NCBI GenBank assembly: GCA_963780225.1
Contig: CAWAAX010000004.1
Coordinates: 1 to 64,000 of the forward strand
DNA from: an uncultured bacterium
Lineage (GTDB): Bacteria; Edwardsbacteria; AC1; EtOH8
Direction: 5' to 3'
DNA: 64,000 nt
Part shown: positions 48,009-58,982 of the stretch, one piece after another
Layout: every line of letters begins with the position of its first letter
Position numbering within the stretch: the stretch's first letter is position 1
Translations under genes and position numbers: made by a program
The notes under the pieces: generated by a model
What the model saw: the letters and a program-made list of their open reading frames with translations, nothing else
What the model was told of the DNA's origin: nothing
Databases searched by the model: none

Positions 48009-49442
48009 ATGTACCTTTCTTCGGAAATAATAACCGCCATCAACTCCGCCGGCCGGCTTTACGAGGTGGGCGGGGCGGTGCGCGACCGCATCCACTTTGC
48101 CCTGGATGCTTCGGGGAACTTAGACCCGAAGCGCTTTTCCCAATTCCAGCCGGACGAGGTGGATTACCTGGTCACCGGCATCCCGATGAACGAGCTCGCC
48201 GGGCTGCTCAAACGATTCGGCCGGGTGGAACTGGTGGGGCGATCCTTCGGAGTACTCAAATTCAAAGTGCAACCCTTCGGCCCCGCTCAGGGCAAGAATT
48301 CAAACTCCAAAGTGAAAACCTTTGACATTGCGCTGCCGCGCCGGGAGCAAAGCACCGGGCCGGGGCACAGGGAGTTTGCGGTGGAGTATGATCCCGATAT
48401 TCCGGTGGAGCAGGACCTGGGGCGGAGGGACTTTACCGTCAATGCCATGGCGCTGCAAATTAAAAAATCAGAAGGCAGAAGGCAAAATTTGGAACTGACA
48501 GACCCTTGTGGTGGAGTTGAAGACATCAGAAACAAGTTGATCCGGATGGTCTCGCCAAACGCCTTTGCCGAGGACCCACTGCGGATGATGCGGGCTTGCC
48601 AGTTTGCCGCCAGGCTCCAGTTCTCGGTCGAGGAAAAGACCTTCAAGGCCGTCAAAAAGAACGCCAAACTTATCTCCACGGTTTCCCCGGAAAGGGTGCA
48701 GCAGGAACTGAACAAGCTGCTGCTGTCCGATCAGCCGTCCATCGGCCTCTGGCTGATGCAGCGCAGCGGCCTGCTCAAGGTACTGCTGCCCGAGCTGGAG
48801 CAGGGGGTGGACGTCACCCAGCCCGGGGGCTTTCACCGCTACAAGGTCTTTGAACACTCAATCAAGACGGCGGATTTTGCGCCTAAAACTTTGGAACTGC
48901 GTTTGGCGGCCCTGTTGCACGACGCGGCCAAACCCCAATGCCGGGAGGTCGTGGAAGGCGGGGCCCATTTTTACGGCCACGACAAGCTGGGGGCAAAAAT
49001 GGCCGGGGAGATTTTGGCCCAGTTGAAATACTCCAGCCAGATCACCTCCCGGGTCACCGGGCTTGTCGCCAAGCACATGTTCGCCGTGCCGGAGACCGGC
49101 AAGGGATTAAGGCGGCTGATATCCAAGACCGGCCTGGAGGGCCTGGACGACTTGATAGAGCTGCGCCGGGCCGACATCCTGGCCCAGGGGATGGAGGGTG
49201 ATACGAGTTACCTGGAGTCCTTCAAACAGGCAGTGAAAGAGGAGCTCGGCAAAAAGCCGGCTTTTTCCATCAAGGACCTGAAAGTAGACGGGAACGACCT
49301 GATGAAGGAACTGGGCCTTGCTCCGGGGCCGGAAATGGGGCGGATATTGAAGCGCCTTTTTGAAATGGTGCTGGAAACCCCAAAAAACAACCGCAAAACC
49401 TATCTTTTAAAAGAAGCCCGGCGGCTGGCCGGCCAACCTTGA
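48009..49442 (+). CDS. cca: CCA-adding tRNA nucleotidyltransferase / poly(A) polymerase family with HD domain
   Basis: VGGAVRD, DLGRRDFTVNAMA, EDPLRMMRACQF, ERVQQEL, LLHD. Confidence 0.85.
   Translation: MYLSSEIITAINSAGRLYEVGGAVRDRIHFALDASGNLDPKRFSQFQPDEVDYLVTGIPMNELAGLLKRFGRVELVGRSFGVLKFKVQPFGPAQGKNSNSKVKTFDIALPRREQSTGPGHREFAVEYDPDIPVEQDLGRRDFTVNAMALQIKKSEGRRQNLELTDPCGGVEDIRNKLIRMVSPNAFAEDPLRMMRACQFAARLQFSVEEKTFKAVKKNAKLISTVSPERVQQELNKLLLSDQPSIGLWLMQRSGLLKVLLPELEQGVDVTQPGGFHRYKVFEHSIKTADFAPKTLELRLAALLHDAAKPQCREVVEGGAHFYGHDKLGAKMAGEILAQLKYSSQITSRVTGLVAKHMFAVPETGKGLRRLISKTGLEGLDDLIELRRADILAQGMEGDTSYLESFKQAVKEELGKKPAFSIKDLKVDGNDLMKELGLAPGPEMGRILKRLFEMVLETPKNNRKTYLLKEARRLAGQP
48273..48296 (+). 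repeat. 24-bp REP-like unit inserted in frame in cca
   Basis: cccttcggccccgctcagggcaag (PFGPAQGK); an intergenic relative lies at 5640-5663. Confidence 0.65.
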
Positions 49443-49467
49443 CGCTGGCGGTTATATTTGTTATAAT
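49439..49467 (+). promoter_or_regulatory. Promoter for tRNA-Leu / tig-clpP
   Basis: TTGACG-17-TATAAT with extended TG. Confidence 0.7.
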
Positions 49468-49500
49468 TACTTTTTGTATCCCCCGGTTTTTTCAAGGTTT

Positions 49501-49587
49501 GCGAGGGTGGCGGAACTGGCAGACGCGCCAGACTTAGGATCTGGTGCCGTAAAAGGCATGGGGGTTCAAATCCCCCCCTTCGCACCA
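49501..49587 (+). tRNA. tRNA-Leu (TAG)
   Basis: Cloverleaf with long variable arm, anticodon stem ccaga-CTTAGGA-tctgg, encoded CCA. Confidence 0.95.
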
Positions 49588-49602
49588 AAAGGGTAACTAT
49601 AA

Positions 49603-49729
49603 TGTCATTCTGAGAAATACTTTCTGGTTTCGGCCCTCGAAGAATCCGGCCCATTTCAAAGAGATCCTTCGGACAGCCAATGATGGAGCCGGGTATTTCG
49701 ATTAACTCAATGCGCCGCTCAGGATGACA
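49603..49729. repeat. Palindromic element (tgtcattctgag...ctcaggatgaca)
   Basis: Imperfect terminal inverted repeats and an internal gaagaatc/gatccttc pair. Confidence 0.6.
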
Positions 49730-49754
49730 CAGAATAATCATAAAAGGAGACATT

Positions 49755-51062
49755 TTGAAGGTCGAGTTAAAGGAACCAAAGGTTTGGCAGCGTGTTTTTG
49801 AGATCGAGGTGCCGGGCGAGCAGGTCAAGGCCGCCATCGAAGAACTTTATCTGGATTACAGCCGCAATGCCAAGATCCCGGGATTCCGCCCGGGCAAGGT
49901 CCCGCGTACTGTGCTGGAGGCCCGTTTTGGCAAGGGCATCGAGGCCGAGGCCATCGAGCGGCTGGTGCCGGAGTCCTACGAAAAGGCTTTGGCGGACCAC
50001 AAGATCGTGCCCATCAACCGGGCCGAGATCTCGGACCTGGACTTTACCGCCGACCGGAGCATCAAGTTCAAGGCCACTTTTGAAGTGCTGCCCCCGGTTG
50101 CCATCAAGCAGTACAAGGGCCTGCCAGCCACCAAGCGCCTGCGCAAGATATCCGGCCTGGACGTGGACCGGGAGATAGAATACCTGCAGGGCCTGTATGC
50201 CGAATACAAGCAGACCGAAAATCCGGCTAAGGACGGCGACCGTCTGATCATAGATTTTGTGCCGGTTTCCGGTCTGGACAACCCCGAAAAATCCAAGGGC
50301 GAGAATTACCCGGTGGATCTGGGCACGCCCCAGGTGCTGCCGGAGTTCAATAAGAATCTGGCCGGGACCAAAGCCGGGGTTATAAAGGATATCACCGTCA
50401 AATACCCCAACGATTACCAGGGCGGCGGATTGGCCGGCAAGGAAGCGGTGTTCAAGGTCACTGTCAAGGAAGTGCAGGAGAAGCACCTGCCGGCCCTGGA
50501 TGACGAGTTTGCCAAAAAAGTCAGCGAGTACCAGACCATAACCGAACTGAAGGAAAAGATCAAGAACGGGCTGGAATCCCGCTCCAACGCCGAGGCCGCC
50601 GAGGGGGTAAGAGTGCAGGTGCTGCAGAAGATGATAGATGACAACCCGCTGGAACTGCCTCAGTCGCTGGTCAAGAGTGAACTGGAGAAGATGGTGGCCG
50701 AGGCCAAGGAGCGTCACCACCACCAGCACAAGCATAAGGACGGTCAGGAATGCCAGGACTGCCCCGATGACGCCAAGCTGAAGGAGCAGTACCAGCCCAT
50801 AGCCGAGTGGAAGATCAAAGAGGAACTGCTGCTGGCCGAGGTGGCCCGGCAGGAGAAGATAGAAGTTTCGGAGGCCGAGTTGGAAGAGTCCTACGCCGAC
50901 CTGGCCCGCTATTACCGCAAAACAACCGGGGAGATCAAGGCCACCTTCAGTTCCAGCCAGGACCGGCTGGACGACCTGAAGGACAGGATAGCAGTGACCA
51001 AGGCCGGCAAGCTGGTAGCCGAAGCGGCCGCGGTCAAGGAAGAGTTCATCGAAAATAAGTAA
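49755..51062 (+). CDS. tig: Trigger factor
   Basis: IPGFRPGKVP signature, FKBP-like domain, LDDEFAK; AGGAG RBS with TTG start. Confidence 0.95.
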   Translation: MKVELKEPKVWQRVFEIEVPGEQVKAAIEELYLDYSRNAKIPGFRPGKVPRTVLEARFGKGIEAEAIERLVPESYEKALADHKIVPINRAEISDLDFTADRSIKFKATFEVLPPVAIKQYKGLPATKRLRKISGLDVDREIEYLQGLYAEYKQTENPAKDGDRLIIDFVPVSGLDNPEKSKGENYPVDLGTPQVLPEFNKNLAGTKAGVIKDITVKYPNDYQGGGLAGKEAVFKVTVKEVQEKHLPALDDEFAKKVSEYQTITELKEKIKNGLESRSNAEAAEGVRVQVLQKMIDDNPLELPQSLVKSELEKMVAEAKERHHHQHKHKDGQECQDCPDDAKLKEQYQPIAEWKIKEELLLAEVARQEKIEVSEAELEESYADLARYYRKTTGEIKATFSSSQDRLDDLKDRIAVTKAGKLVAEAAAVKEEFIENK

Positions 51063-51162
51063 ACTTTGCCACAGAGACACAGAGACACGGAGATTGATTT
51101 TAATCTCGTTGCTTTTTCCGGCTAACGTTTCACTGGGAAATTATTATTAAGGGAGCGTATTT

Positions 51163-51774
51163 ATGAGTCTGGTACCATTTGTGATCGAGCAGAGCGGCCG
51201 CGGCGAGAGGGCCTACGACATTTATTCCCGGCTGCTAAAGGACCGGATCATCTTCATCGGTTCGCCCATCGACGACACCGTGGCCAACCTGATCATCGCC
51301 CAGCTGCTTTTCCTGGAGGCCGAGGACCCGGAAAAGGACATCCAGTTCTACATCAATTCCCCCGGGGGCTCGGTCACTTCGGGCATGGCCATCTACGACA
51401 CCATCCAGTACATCAAGTCCGACGTGGTCACCATCTGCATGGGGATGGCCGCCAGCCTGGGGGCCCTGCTTTTAGCCGCCGGAGCCAAGGGCAAGCGCTT
51501 TGCCTTGCCCAATTCCCGGATCATGATCCACCAGCCGCTGGGCGGCGTCCAAGGCCAGGCCACCGACATCGACATCCACGCCAAGGAGATCCTTTTGATC
51601 CGGGAGAAGCTGAATGGCATTCTGGCCAGCCACACCGGGCAGTCGGTGGAGCGGATCGCCAAGGATACCGACCGGAATTTCTGGATGTCGTCCGACGAGG
51701 CCAAGGAATACGGGATCATAGACGACATCATGAAAACCAGGATCCATGCCTTGAAGAACGAAGAGAAAAAGTAA
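51163..51774 (+). CDS. clpP: ATP-dependent Clp protease proteolytic subunit
   Basis: [36 protein letters not shown]. Confidence 0.97.
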   Translation: MSLVPFVIEQSGRGERAYDIYSRLLKDRIIFIGSPIDDTVANLIIAQLLFLEAEDPEKDIQFYINSPGGSVTSGMAIYDTIQYIKSDVVTICMGMAASLGALLLAAGAKGKRFALPNSRIMIHQPLGGVQGQATDIDIHAKEILLIREKLNGILASHTGQSVERIAKDTDRNFWMSSDEAKEYGIIDDIMKTRIHALKNEEKK

Positions 51775-51791
51775 ACTGTTCCAAAACTATA

Positions 51792-51828
51792 AAAGCCGTC
51801 CCGCTGTCCAGCGGGGCGGCTTTGTTTT
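51792..51828 (+). terminator. Rho-independent terminator after clpP
   Basis: aaagccgtcccgctg-tc-cagcggggcggcttt followed by Ts. Confidence 0.75.
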
Positions 51829-51869
51829 ATTCTTGCTTTTGAGCATTCAGCGTTGTAAAATACTAATCT

Positions 51870-52520
51870 ATGCGCATTACCATTTTCATATTCCTTTTGA
51901 TCGCGCTTTTGACTAACAGTCTTGCAGCTGGACCCATAGACATCGTCCGCCTGAAATACGGGGGCGGGGGTGACTGGTACAATGATCCCGAGGAGGAGAT
52001 CAATCTTCTCAAGGAATTCTCCGCCCGCACCGGGGTCAGCGTCAGGACAGAGAAGGTTTCGCTCTCGGCCGCCGATGACGACCTGTTCCTGCACCCCTTC
52101 CTGTTCATCACCGGGCACGGCGAGATAAAGTTCACGGCCCGCGAAGTGGAGCGGCTGAGGCTCTTTTTGGCCTCTGGCGGTTTCCTCTACGCCGATGACG
52201 ACTACGGGATGGACCAATCATTCCGCAGGGAGCTGAAGCGGGTGTTCCCGGAGGCCGAACTGCAGGAACTCCCGCCGGATAATCCTTTGTTCACCTGCTA
52301 CTACGATCTCTCCGCCGGCCTGCCCAAGATCCACGAGCACGAAAAGGGGCGGCCCCAGGCCTTCGGTCTTTTCTACCAGGGAAGGCTGGTGGTCTTTTAT
52401 ACTTTCAACACCAACATCTCCGACGGCTGGACCAACGACCACAACGACCCAGCCGAGAAAAGGGAAGAGGCGTTCAAGGCCGGCATCAATATATTGTGGT
52501 ATGCATTGACCAGACCGTGA
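51870..52520 (+). CDS. DUF4159 domain protein
   Basis: LKYGGGGDWY, FITGHG, GGFLYADDDYG, LPKIHEH, DGW. Confidence 0.85.
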   Translation: MRITIFIFLLIALLTNSLAAGPIDIVRLKYGGGGDWYNDPEEEINLLKEFSARTGVSVRTEKVSLSAADDDLFLHPFLFITGHGEIKFTAREVERLRLFLASGGFLYADDDYGMDQSFRRELKRVFPEAELQELPPDNPLFTCYYDLSAGLPKIHEHEKGRPQAFGLFYQGRLVVFYTFNTNISDGWTNDHNDPAEKREEAFKAGINILWYALTRP

Positions 52521-52528
52521 AGTAAACA

Positions 52529-55500
52529 GTGACAAACAGTAACAACATAGGTACTGTAAAATCAGGACTGAAAAAGGCTGGTCAGAGATACAAAATATCT
52601 CTGCTCAGAAAACAGCTTTGGCTGGCAGCGCTCCTTTCCCTGGGCTGGGCGCTCCTGTGGCATTGCCTGGATGTGCTGCTGATCTTGCCTTCCGGCATCA
52701 GGTCTTTTGCGGCCCGGTCATCGCTGTCCCTGGCCGCAGCCGGTGTAATATATCTGCTCTATCACCTATTCAAACCGGTCTCCCCTAAAACAATCGCCGC
52801 CATGATCGAAGCCCGGGAACCAAGCTTGTGCCAGGAGTTGTCCACTGCCCTGCAGTGGGAGGATACTCAATTGTCCCTTGAAGGCTATTCCCCCGACCTG
52901 TTGCTGGCCTTGCAGGACAAAATGACAAAAGCGCTGGACCAGCTTGATTATAAGAAAATATTCCCCGGGCCGTCACAGAAGCTTAAGGGTACAACGCTGG
53001 CATTGTCTGCAACCTTGGTCCTGACCCTGCTGATCTGGCCGGGTTCCTGCAAGCTTACCTGGCAAAGGTTCCATGATCCTGACGGCATCTGCGGCGACTG
53101 GGACGGGGTCCAGATCAGCCCCGGTCATGCCCGGCTGGCCCGGGGGGAAAACTTTACGGCGGAGTTGTCTTTAGCTAACCCGGTTGGTTCGAGGTTTGAC
53201 CTGCTGATCCAGGAACACAACCAGTCTCAGAAAATAAAATTTCAGGATGCCGGCAGCGGCCGTTTGTTCGCCAGGATGGAGAATGTCAGCCAAGCCTTTA
53301 GCTACCGCATCATCCAGGACCGCAGACAGAGCGCAGTTTACATGGTTCAGGTCTACCAGCCCCTGACCCTGAGCGATCTCAGGCTGGAGATATCGCCCCC
53401 GGCCTACACCGGCATCCGGCCATATATTCAGGAGAACGACGGCAGCATCACCGCGCCCAGGGGAACCAAAGTATCTCTGACCGCCCGGGCCAGCCAGTCT
53501 TTGCAGGCAGCCGGGATGATCCACGACGACGGCCTGGTGGCAGAGGCCCAGGATATCAATGATAGTCTTGTTCAAGCTGAGTTTCAAGGTTCAAAAAGAT
53601 TCACGATATCATCTTTGGGCCAAAGGCGGAACCGGGGACACCCTGTTGCACGGCCTGGAATATGCCATCAGCGCGTTGGAGGACTTGCGGCCGACAGCTG
53701 AGATACTGGCCCCGGCCGATGACAGCCCCCTGCCCGAGGGAATGCCGGCGGATATCCAGCTCAGATTTTCCGATGATTACGGCTTGAGCCGGGCCGCCCT
53801 GCATATCCGGGACACTCAAAGCGATAAGGTCTACCAGCTGAAAATCGGTCCTGCCGTTTCCGACACCCAGATATTCTTCACCTGGAACAGTTCCGAGTCA
53901 TTCCTGCTGCCGGGCGATTCGGTGCTATACTGGGCCGAGGTCTGGGACAATGACGCCGTCAGCGGCCCCAAAAGCTCAAAGTCCAACATCCAGAAATTCC
54001 GGGTGCCCACCAAGGAAGAATTTTACAAGTCGGCGGCCCAGGCCGACTCGGCCTACCAGCAGAACCTGGACCAGGCCCAAAAGCAGAACCAGTCCTTGAA
54101 GCAGGAGATGGAGCGCTTAAGCCAGGCGGTAAAGGAGAACCGCAAGATGGACTGGCAGCAGAAGGCCGCGGTGGAGGAGGCCCTGAAGAAGCAGGAGGAG
54201 CTGGTCAGCCGGATGGAACAGACCGCCGAGCAGGCCCGCCAGGATGTGAAACAGCAGGCCCGTTCGGAAGCTCGGCACGATTCGATCTCAGGGCAAGCCC
54301 AGGGCTTTAAATTCGATCTCCAGACCGTGGAGAAACTGGCCGAGCTGAAAGAGCTGTTTGACCAGGTGGCCAGCGAGGAGATGCGCAAGTCGATGGAGCA
54401 GATGCAGCAGGCTTTGCAGAACATGGACCGGAAGCAGATAGAACAGGCTTTGGAGAATTTCAAACTGTCACAGGAGGAGTTCCAGCAAAAATTAGATGCG
54501 GCCATCGCCTCGCTTAAGGAACTTAAGCAGGAGCGGATGCTGTCCCTGCTCAAGCAGGAGGCAGACCGGATGGCGGCGGAGCAAAAGGCTCTCAAAGACA
54601 GCTTGGCTAAAAACCCCGACAAGGAAGCCTCAAACAATCTCAAACAAAGGCAGGAACAACTGGCCCGTGATCTGGAGACTTCACTGCAGCAGATGAGCGA
54701 ACTGGCCAAGCAGATGAACGAGGGGAACCGCGAGGCTTCCCAAAAAATGCAGCAGGCCATGCAGAAGGCTCAAGCACAGAAGACCTCCCAAAAGATGCGC
54801 CAGGCCGGACAGAAGATGGAATCCAAGCAGAACCGGGAAGCACAAGAGCTGCAGCAGGAAGCGTTGACCGACCTGACGGAGTTGTCGGCCGGACTGCAGA
54901 GCGCCAAGAACACCATGGGCTCCCAGCGCAGCAAGGCGGCCTCAAAAGCCATGCGGGACAAGGCCAAGGAACTGATAAAACTTTCCCAGCAGCAGGAACA
55001 GCTGAACCAGAGGATCCAAAACAGTTCGGACGACCCGGCCGAACTGGCCTGGAGACAGCAGGTATTGCAGAGGCAGGCTTCCCGGGTCAAACAGAAATTG
55101 GACGAACTGACCCGGAAGAACTTCTTGCTCTCGCCCCAGGCGGCCCAAGCATTGCAGGAGGCCGGCAAGCAGATGGAGAACTCCGCCCAGTCACTTTCCG
55201 AAGGCCGGGGCCAGCAGGCCGGGACCAGCGGCAAGTCGGCCCAGGGGCTTTTGAACCAGTCGGCCGCGGCCTTGATCCAGTCCTCCTCCAAAAGCGGCGG
55301 GTCCTCAGGGTCCGGCGACATGATGGGCGACCTGGAGGGCATGTCCGGGATGCAGCAGAACATCAACCAGGCCAGCCAGGGGCTGATGCCCATGCCCGCC
55401 GGGGCGGAAGGTGAGCAGGGCGGGATGTCCCAGGCCGCCCGCAGCCAGATGGCCCGGCTGGCCGCGGAACAGGAGGCGGTGCGCCAGGGGATGGAGGAAT

Positions 55501-55850
55501 TCAACCAGAAATACGGGGGCCGTCCCGACCAGGCCGGAAAGCTGGACGACCTGGTGCAGGAGATGGAGAAGGTGATCGACGACATGAAAAAAAATAAGTT
55601 CGACCGCCAGACCCAGGAACGGCAGGAGAAGATATTGGCCCGGATGCTTTCGGCCGGGCATTCATTAAAGGAGCAGGACACCTCGCCGCAAAGACAGGCC
55701 CAGCCGGGGGAAAACCTGGCGCCGGGCCGGCCGGCAAAGCCGAACCAGGGCGACCCGGCCTGGAAGAATCTGCCGGACTGGAGAAACCAGCCGTATCCGC
55801 TGGAGTATAGGGAATTGCTGGAGAAGTATTACGAGTCGCTGGGGCGGTGA
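52529..55850 (+). pseudogene. DUF4175-like membrane-anchored Ig plus long Gln-rich coiled-coil protein, split by one frameshift at ~53583
   Basis: ORFs 52529-53701 and 53559-55850 join if one T of gagTTTcaag is removed. PPAYTG, DDYGL, YWAEVWDNDAVSGPK, YRELLEKYY motifs. Confidence 0.75.
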
Positions 55851-55894
55851 CATATGTTCGCCACCAAGGCACAAAGACACAAAGAATAAATAAG

Positions 55895-57412
55895 ATGCCT
55901 CATAAAATCCATACAATAATTGTCTTGTTATTTATCACTGCGTTTGCCCAGGCCCAAAAACCTGACCAAAAGCTTTGGCAGGAGGCCGCGTCATTGGCCA
56001 AGGCCGGCCAGCATTCCGCCGCGTTGGGAAAATACCAGACAGCCTTAAAGCCGACCAAGGACCAAAACCTGTTCCGGCAGGCGGCCATCATCCTCCAACA
56101 GACCGGGGCCAAGGATGAGCACCTGAAACTCTATCTTTGGAGCCGTAAAACTCTGAAGAACAAAAAGGTCTTTGCCCGGGAACTGGCCGAGATCTATTCG
56201 GCCCAATTAAGCTACCCCCAGGCTTTGCCTGAATGGGCCGTCACTTTTGAAATCCTGCCCGATATCGCCCGGCTTAAGATAGAAGAGATCGCCCCGGTGT
56301 TTGGCTACCTGCCCACCGCCAAACTGCTGGAGGCTGCCGGTGAGTCCAAGAGCGACACCTGGCAGGCCCTGCTGTCCGGGCTTTACCTTAAAGGCACCGA
56401 TCTTAAGCGGGCCTGGGACCGCTGCAAAAAGATAAAAGACAAAAATGTTTCTGGGACGATCCTAGGGCGGCTACTCAATTCCCTCGGCCTTTCCTCCGGC
56501 CTGGCCATTGATATCGTAACGGAATACATCTCCCAGGATCCCCCGGACAAAAATTACTGGCAACACCGTCTGGCCGGACTGCTGACAGAGAACAACCAAA
56601 CCGGCAAGGCCGAACAGGTCTACCGCAACATGAATGACGGCCGGGCCGGGCTGGAACTGTCCCGTCTATTATTGGAGCAAAGCCATAAGCCGGGCGAAGC
56701 GCTGGAGATCATTAAAAACAAGCAAAGATCTTGGCCCGATTCCCTGCGAACAGAAAGCCAGTTCCTGAAAGCCCGGTGCTTCATCGCCCTGGACCTGCCC
56801 GACAGCGCCAAGTCGGTCTACTCTGCCCTCAGCGATTCCGCCAAGCCCCTGAAGGTGCGCCAGCCGGCCCTTTTCCAGTCCGGGGAGCAGTCCCTGATGA
56901 ACGGAGATTTTGACGGAGCCCTGGCCTTTTACCGGCAGGCATCCCTGCTGGGGTCGGACAACGACGTGGTCAACGATGCCCTGTCACGATTACTCTTGAT
57001 TAGTGACCATAAAACTGATAAAATAAATCTTTTACAGGAATGGGCCAAGGGGTTCAAACTCCAGAACCAGTACAAGTATCCCCAGGCGGAGATATTCTAT
57101 AAACAGGTGATCCAAAGCGACACTTTTGGCCAGCTATCCGACCTGTCCCTTTACGGTTTGGCGGAGATGTCTATAAGCGCCCGGGACCATAAAAAAGCAG
57201 TCGAATACTGGGGCAGGCTGTTCAGCACCTCCAAAGACTCCTCGCTGGCGGCCGAGGCCTGCTACCAGAGGGGCCTACTGTTAAGGGACAGATTGTCTGA
57301 TCCCAGGGAAGCGCTAAAGTGCTGGGAGGAGGGGGTCATAAAATATCCGGCCACTTCCTGGGCCGAGCTGATGCGCGAGGAACTGGGACGGGGCAAGGGG
57401 GCCAAGCACTAA
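55895..57412 (+). CDS. Exported tetratricopeptide-repeat protein
   Basis: Signal peptide MPHKIHTIIVLLFITAFAQA; TPR-like helices ending KYPATSWA. Confidence 0.75.
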   Translation: MPHKIHTIIVLLFITAFAQAQKPDQKLWQEAASLAKAGQHSAALGKYQTALKPTKDQNLFRQAAIILQQTGAKDEHLKLYLWSRKTLKNKKVFARELAEIYSAQLSYPQALPEWAVTFEILPDIARLKIEEIAPVFGYLPTAKLLEAAGESKSDTWQALLSGLYLKGTDLKRAWDRCKKIKDKNVSGTILGRLLNSLGLSSGLAIDIVTEYISQDPPDKNYWQHRLAGLLTENNQTGKAEQVYRNMNDGRAGLELSRLLLEQSHKPGEALEIIKNKQRSWPDSLRTESQFLKARCFIALDLPDSAKSVYSALSDSAKPLKVRQPALFQSGEQSLMNGDFDGALAFYRQASLLGSDNDVVNDALSRLLLISDHKTDKINLLQEWAKGFKLQNQYKYPQAEIFYKQVIQSDTFGQLSDLSLYGLAEMSISARDHKKAVEYWGRLFSTSKDSSLAAEACYQRGLLLRDRLSDPREALKCWEEGVIKYPATSWAELMREELGRGKGAKH

Positions 57413-57526
57413 ATGCACATTTCAAAATTCAAAGTGCAAAACTTAAAATACCAGGCTTTACTACTTTACTACTTTACTACTTTGTACATTAATACTTTTT
57501 AAAATATAAAAAATTAAGGAACCATC

Positions 57527-58933
57527 ATGGCCAAAGAGCACAAGCTTTTAATGGATCCCAAGTCGATCTGGGAAACAGCCAAGGAAAGCGACAAGAAAAA
57601 TTTCTTTGCCCTGGCTAAGGACTATTCAGTATTTTTGGACGAAGGCCGGACCGAACGGCTGGCGGTGGAGTTTTTGACCAAGCTGGCCCAAAAGCACGGG
57701 TTCGTCCCGCTGGAGAAGCAGAAAAAATGGCAGGCCGGGGCCAAGGTCTACAGCCTCAACCAGAACAAGAACATTGTGCTGGCGGTGCTGGGCAAAAAGC
57801 CCCTGGAGCAGGGCGCCAACCTGATCGCCTCGCACCTGGACGCCCCCCGGGTGGACCTGAAGCAGAACCCGCTCTACCAGGATGATGAACTGCAGATGGC
57901 CCTGCTGCGGACCCACTATTACGGCGGGGTCAAGAAATACCAGTGGGTCAACGTTCCGCTGGGGCTGTTCGGCCGGGTGGTGCGCCGGGACGGTACTTAC
58001 GTGGACGTCGCCCTGGGCAGAGACCCGGAAGATCCCTGCCTGGTGATCCCCGACATCCTGCCCCACCTCAACAAGAAGGACCAATCCGAGCGCAAGGCCG
58101 GCGAGGTGATCAAGGGCGAGGAGATGCTGTTGATCTGCGGTGGGATCCCGGTGGCCGATAAAGATGTCAAGCAACGGGTCAAGGCCGCGGTGATGGAGCA
58201 CCTGCACCGGTTGTACAAAATGGAGGAAGAGGATTTCGTCAGCGCCGAGCTGGAGGCCGTGCCGCTGACCCCGGCCCGGTTCGTGGGCTTCGACAAAAGC
58301 TTTCTGGGCGGCTACGGCCAGGACGACAAGGTCTGCTCCTATACCTCGGTCCGGGCCATCTTCGACATCAAAATTCCGGAGCGGACCGCGGTGGCCATCT
58401 GCGTGGATAAGGAGGAGATCGGCTCCGAGGGCAACACCGGGATGCAGTCCAACTTCATCATCAACTTCCTGGGCGACCTGATGGCCCTGGCCGAACCGAA
58501 GTATTCCGAAAGCAGCCTGCGCAAGTGTCTGGCCAATAGTTTTGCCCTGTCGGCCGATGTCAACGCCGCAGTGGAACCGAACTTCAAGGGTGTGCACGAG
58601 ATGTCCAATGCCTGCCGGGCCGGTTTCGGCGTGGCCATCACCAAATACACCGGACACGGCGGCAAGGGCGGGGCTAACGATGCCAACGCCGAGTTCGTGG
58701 GATACGTTCGCAAGATATTCAACCAGGCCGGGGTGCCCTGGCAGGCGGCGGCCATGGGCAAAGTGGACGAGGGCGGCGGCGGAACGGTGGCCAAGTACCT
58801 GGCCAAGCATGGCATGAACGTGCTGGACTGCGGCCCGGGGCTTTTATCCATGCACTCGCCGTTCGAGCTGGTCTCAGTGGCCGACCTGTATGCCTCGTAT
58901 CTGGGGTATAAGGCGTTTCTGGTGGCTGGCTGA
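57527..58933 (+). CDS. M18-family aminopeptidase
   Basis: SHLDAPR, THYYGGVKKYQW, GQDDKVC, DKEEIGS, SADV, SMHSPFE. Confidence 0.93.
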   Translation: MAKEHKLLMDPKSIWETAKESDKKNFFALAKDYSVFLDEGRTERLAVEFLTKLAQKHGFVPLEKQKKWQAGAKVYSLNQNKNIVLAVLGKKPLEQGANLIASHLDAPRVDLKQNPLYQDDELQMALLRTHYYGGVKKYQWVNVPLGLFGRVVRRDGTYVDVALGRDPEDPCLVIPDILPHLNKKDQSERKAGEVIKGEEMLLICGGIPVADKDVKQRVKAAVMEHLHRLYKMEEEDFVSAELEAVPLTPARFVGFDKSFLGGYGQDDKVCSYTSVRAIFDIKIPERTAVAICVDKEEIGSEGNTGMQSNFIINFLGDLMALAEPKYSESSLRKCLANSFALSADVNAAVEPNFKGVHEMSNACRAGFGVAITKYTGHGGKGGANDANAEFVGYVRKIFNQAGVPWQAAAMGKVDEGGGGTVAKYLAKHGMNVLDCGPGLLSMHSPFELVSVADLYASYLGYKAFLVAG

Positions 58934-58982
58934 AAGGGTATATTTCATACAAAAAAGCTGCAGCAGCCCGCCCAAAATTCCC

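Noticed and set aside
53575..53600. Programmed ribosomal frameshift in the DUF4175-like gene
   Set aside because: No canonical slippery heptamer or stimulatory structure recognised; one extra T in a short run explains it more simply.
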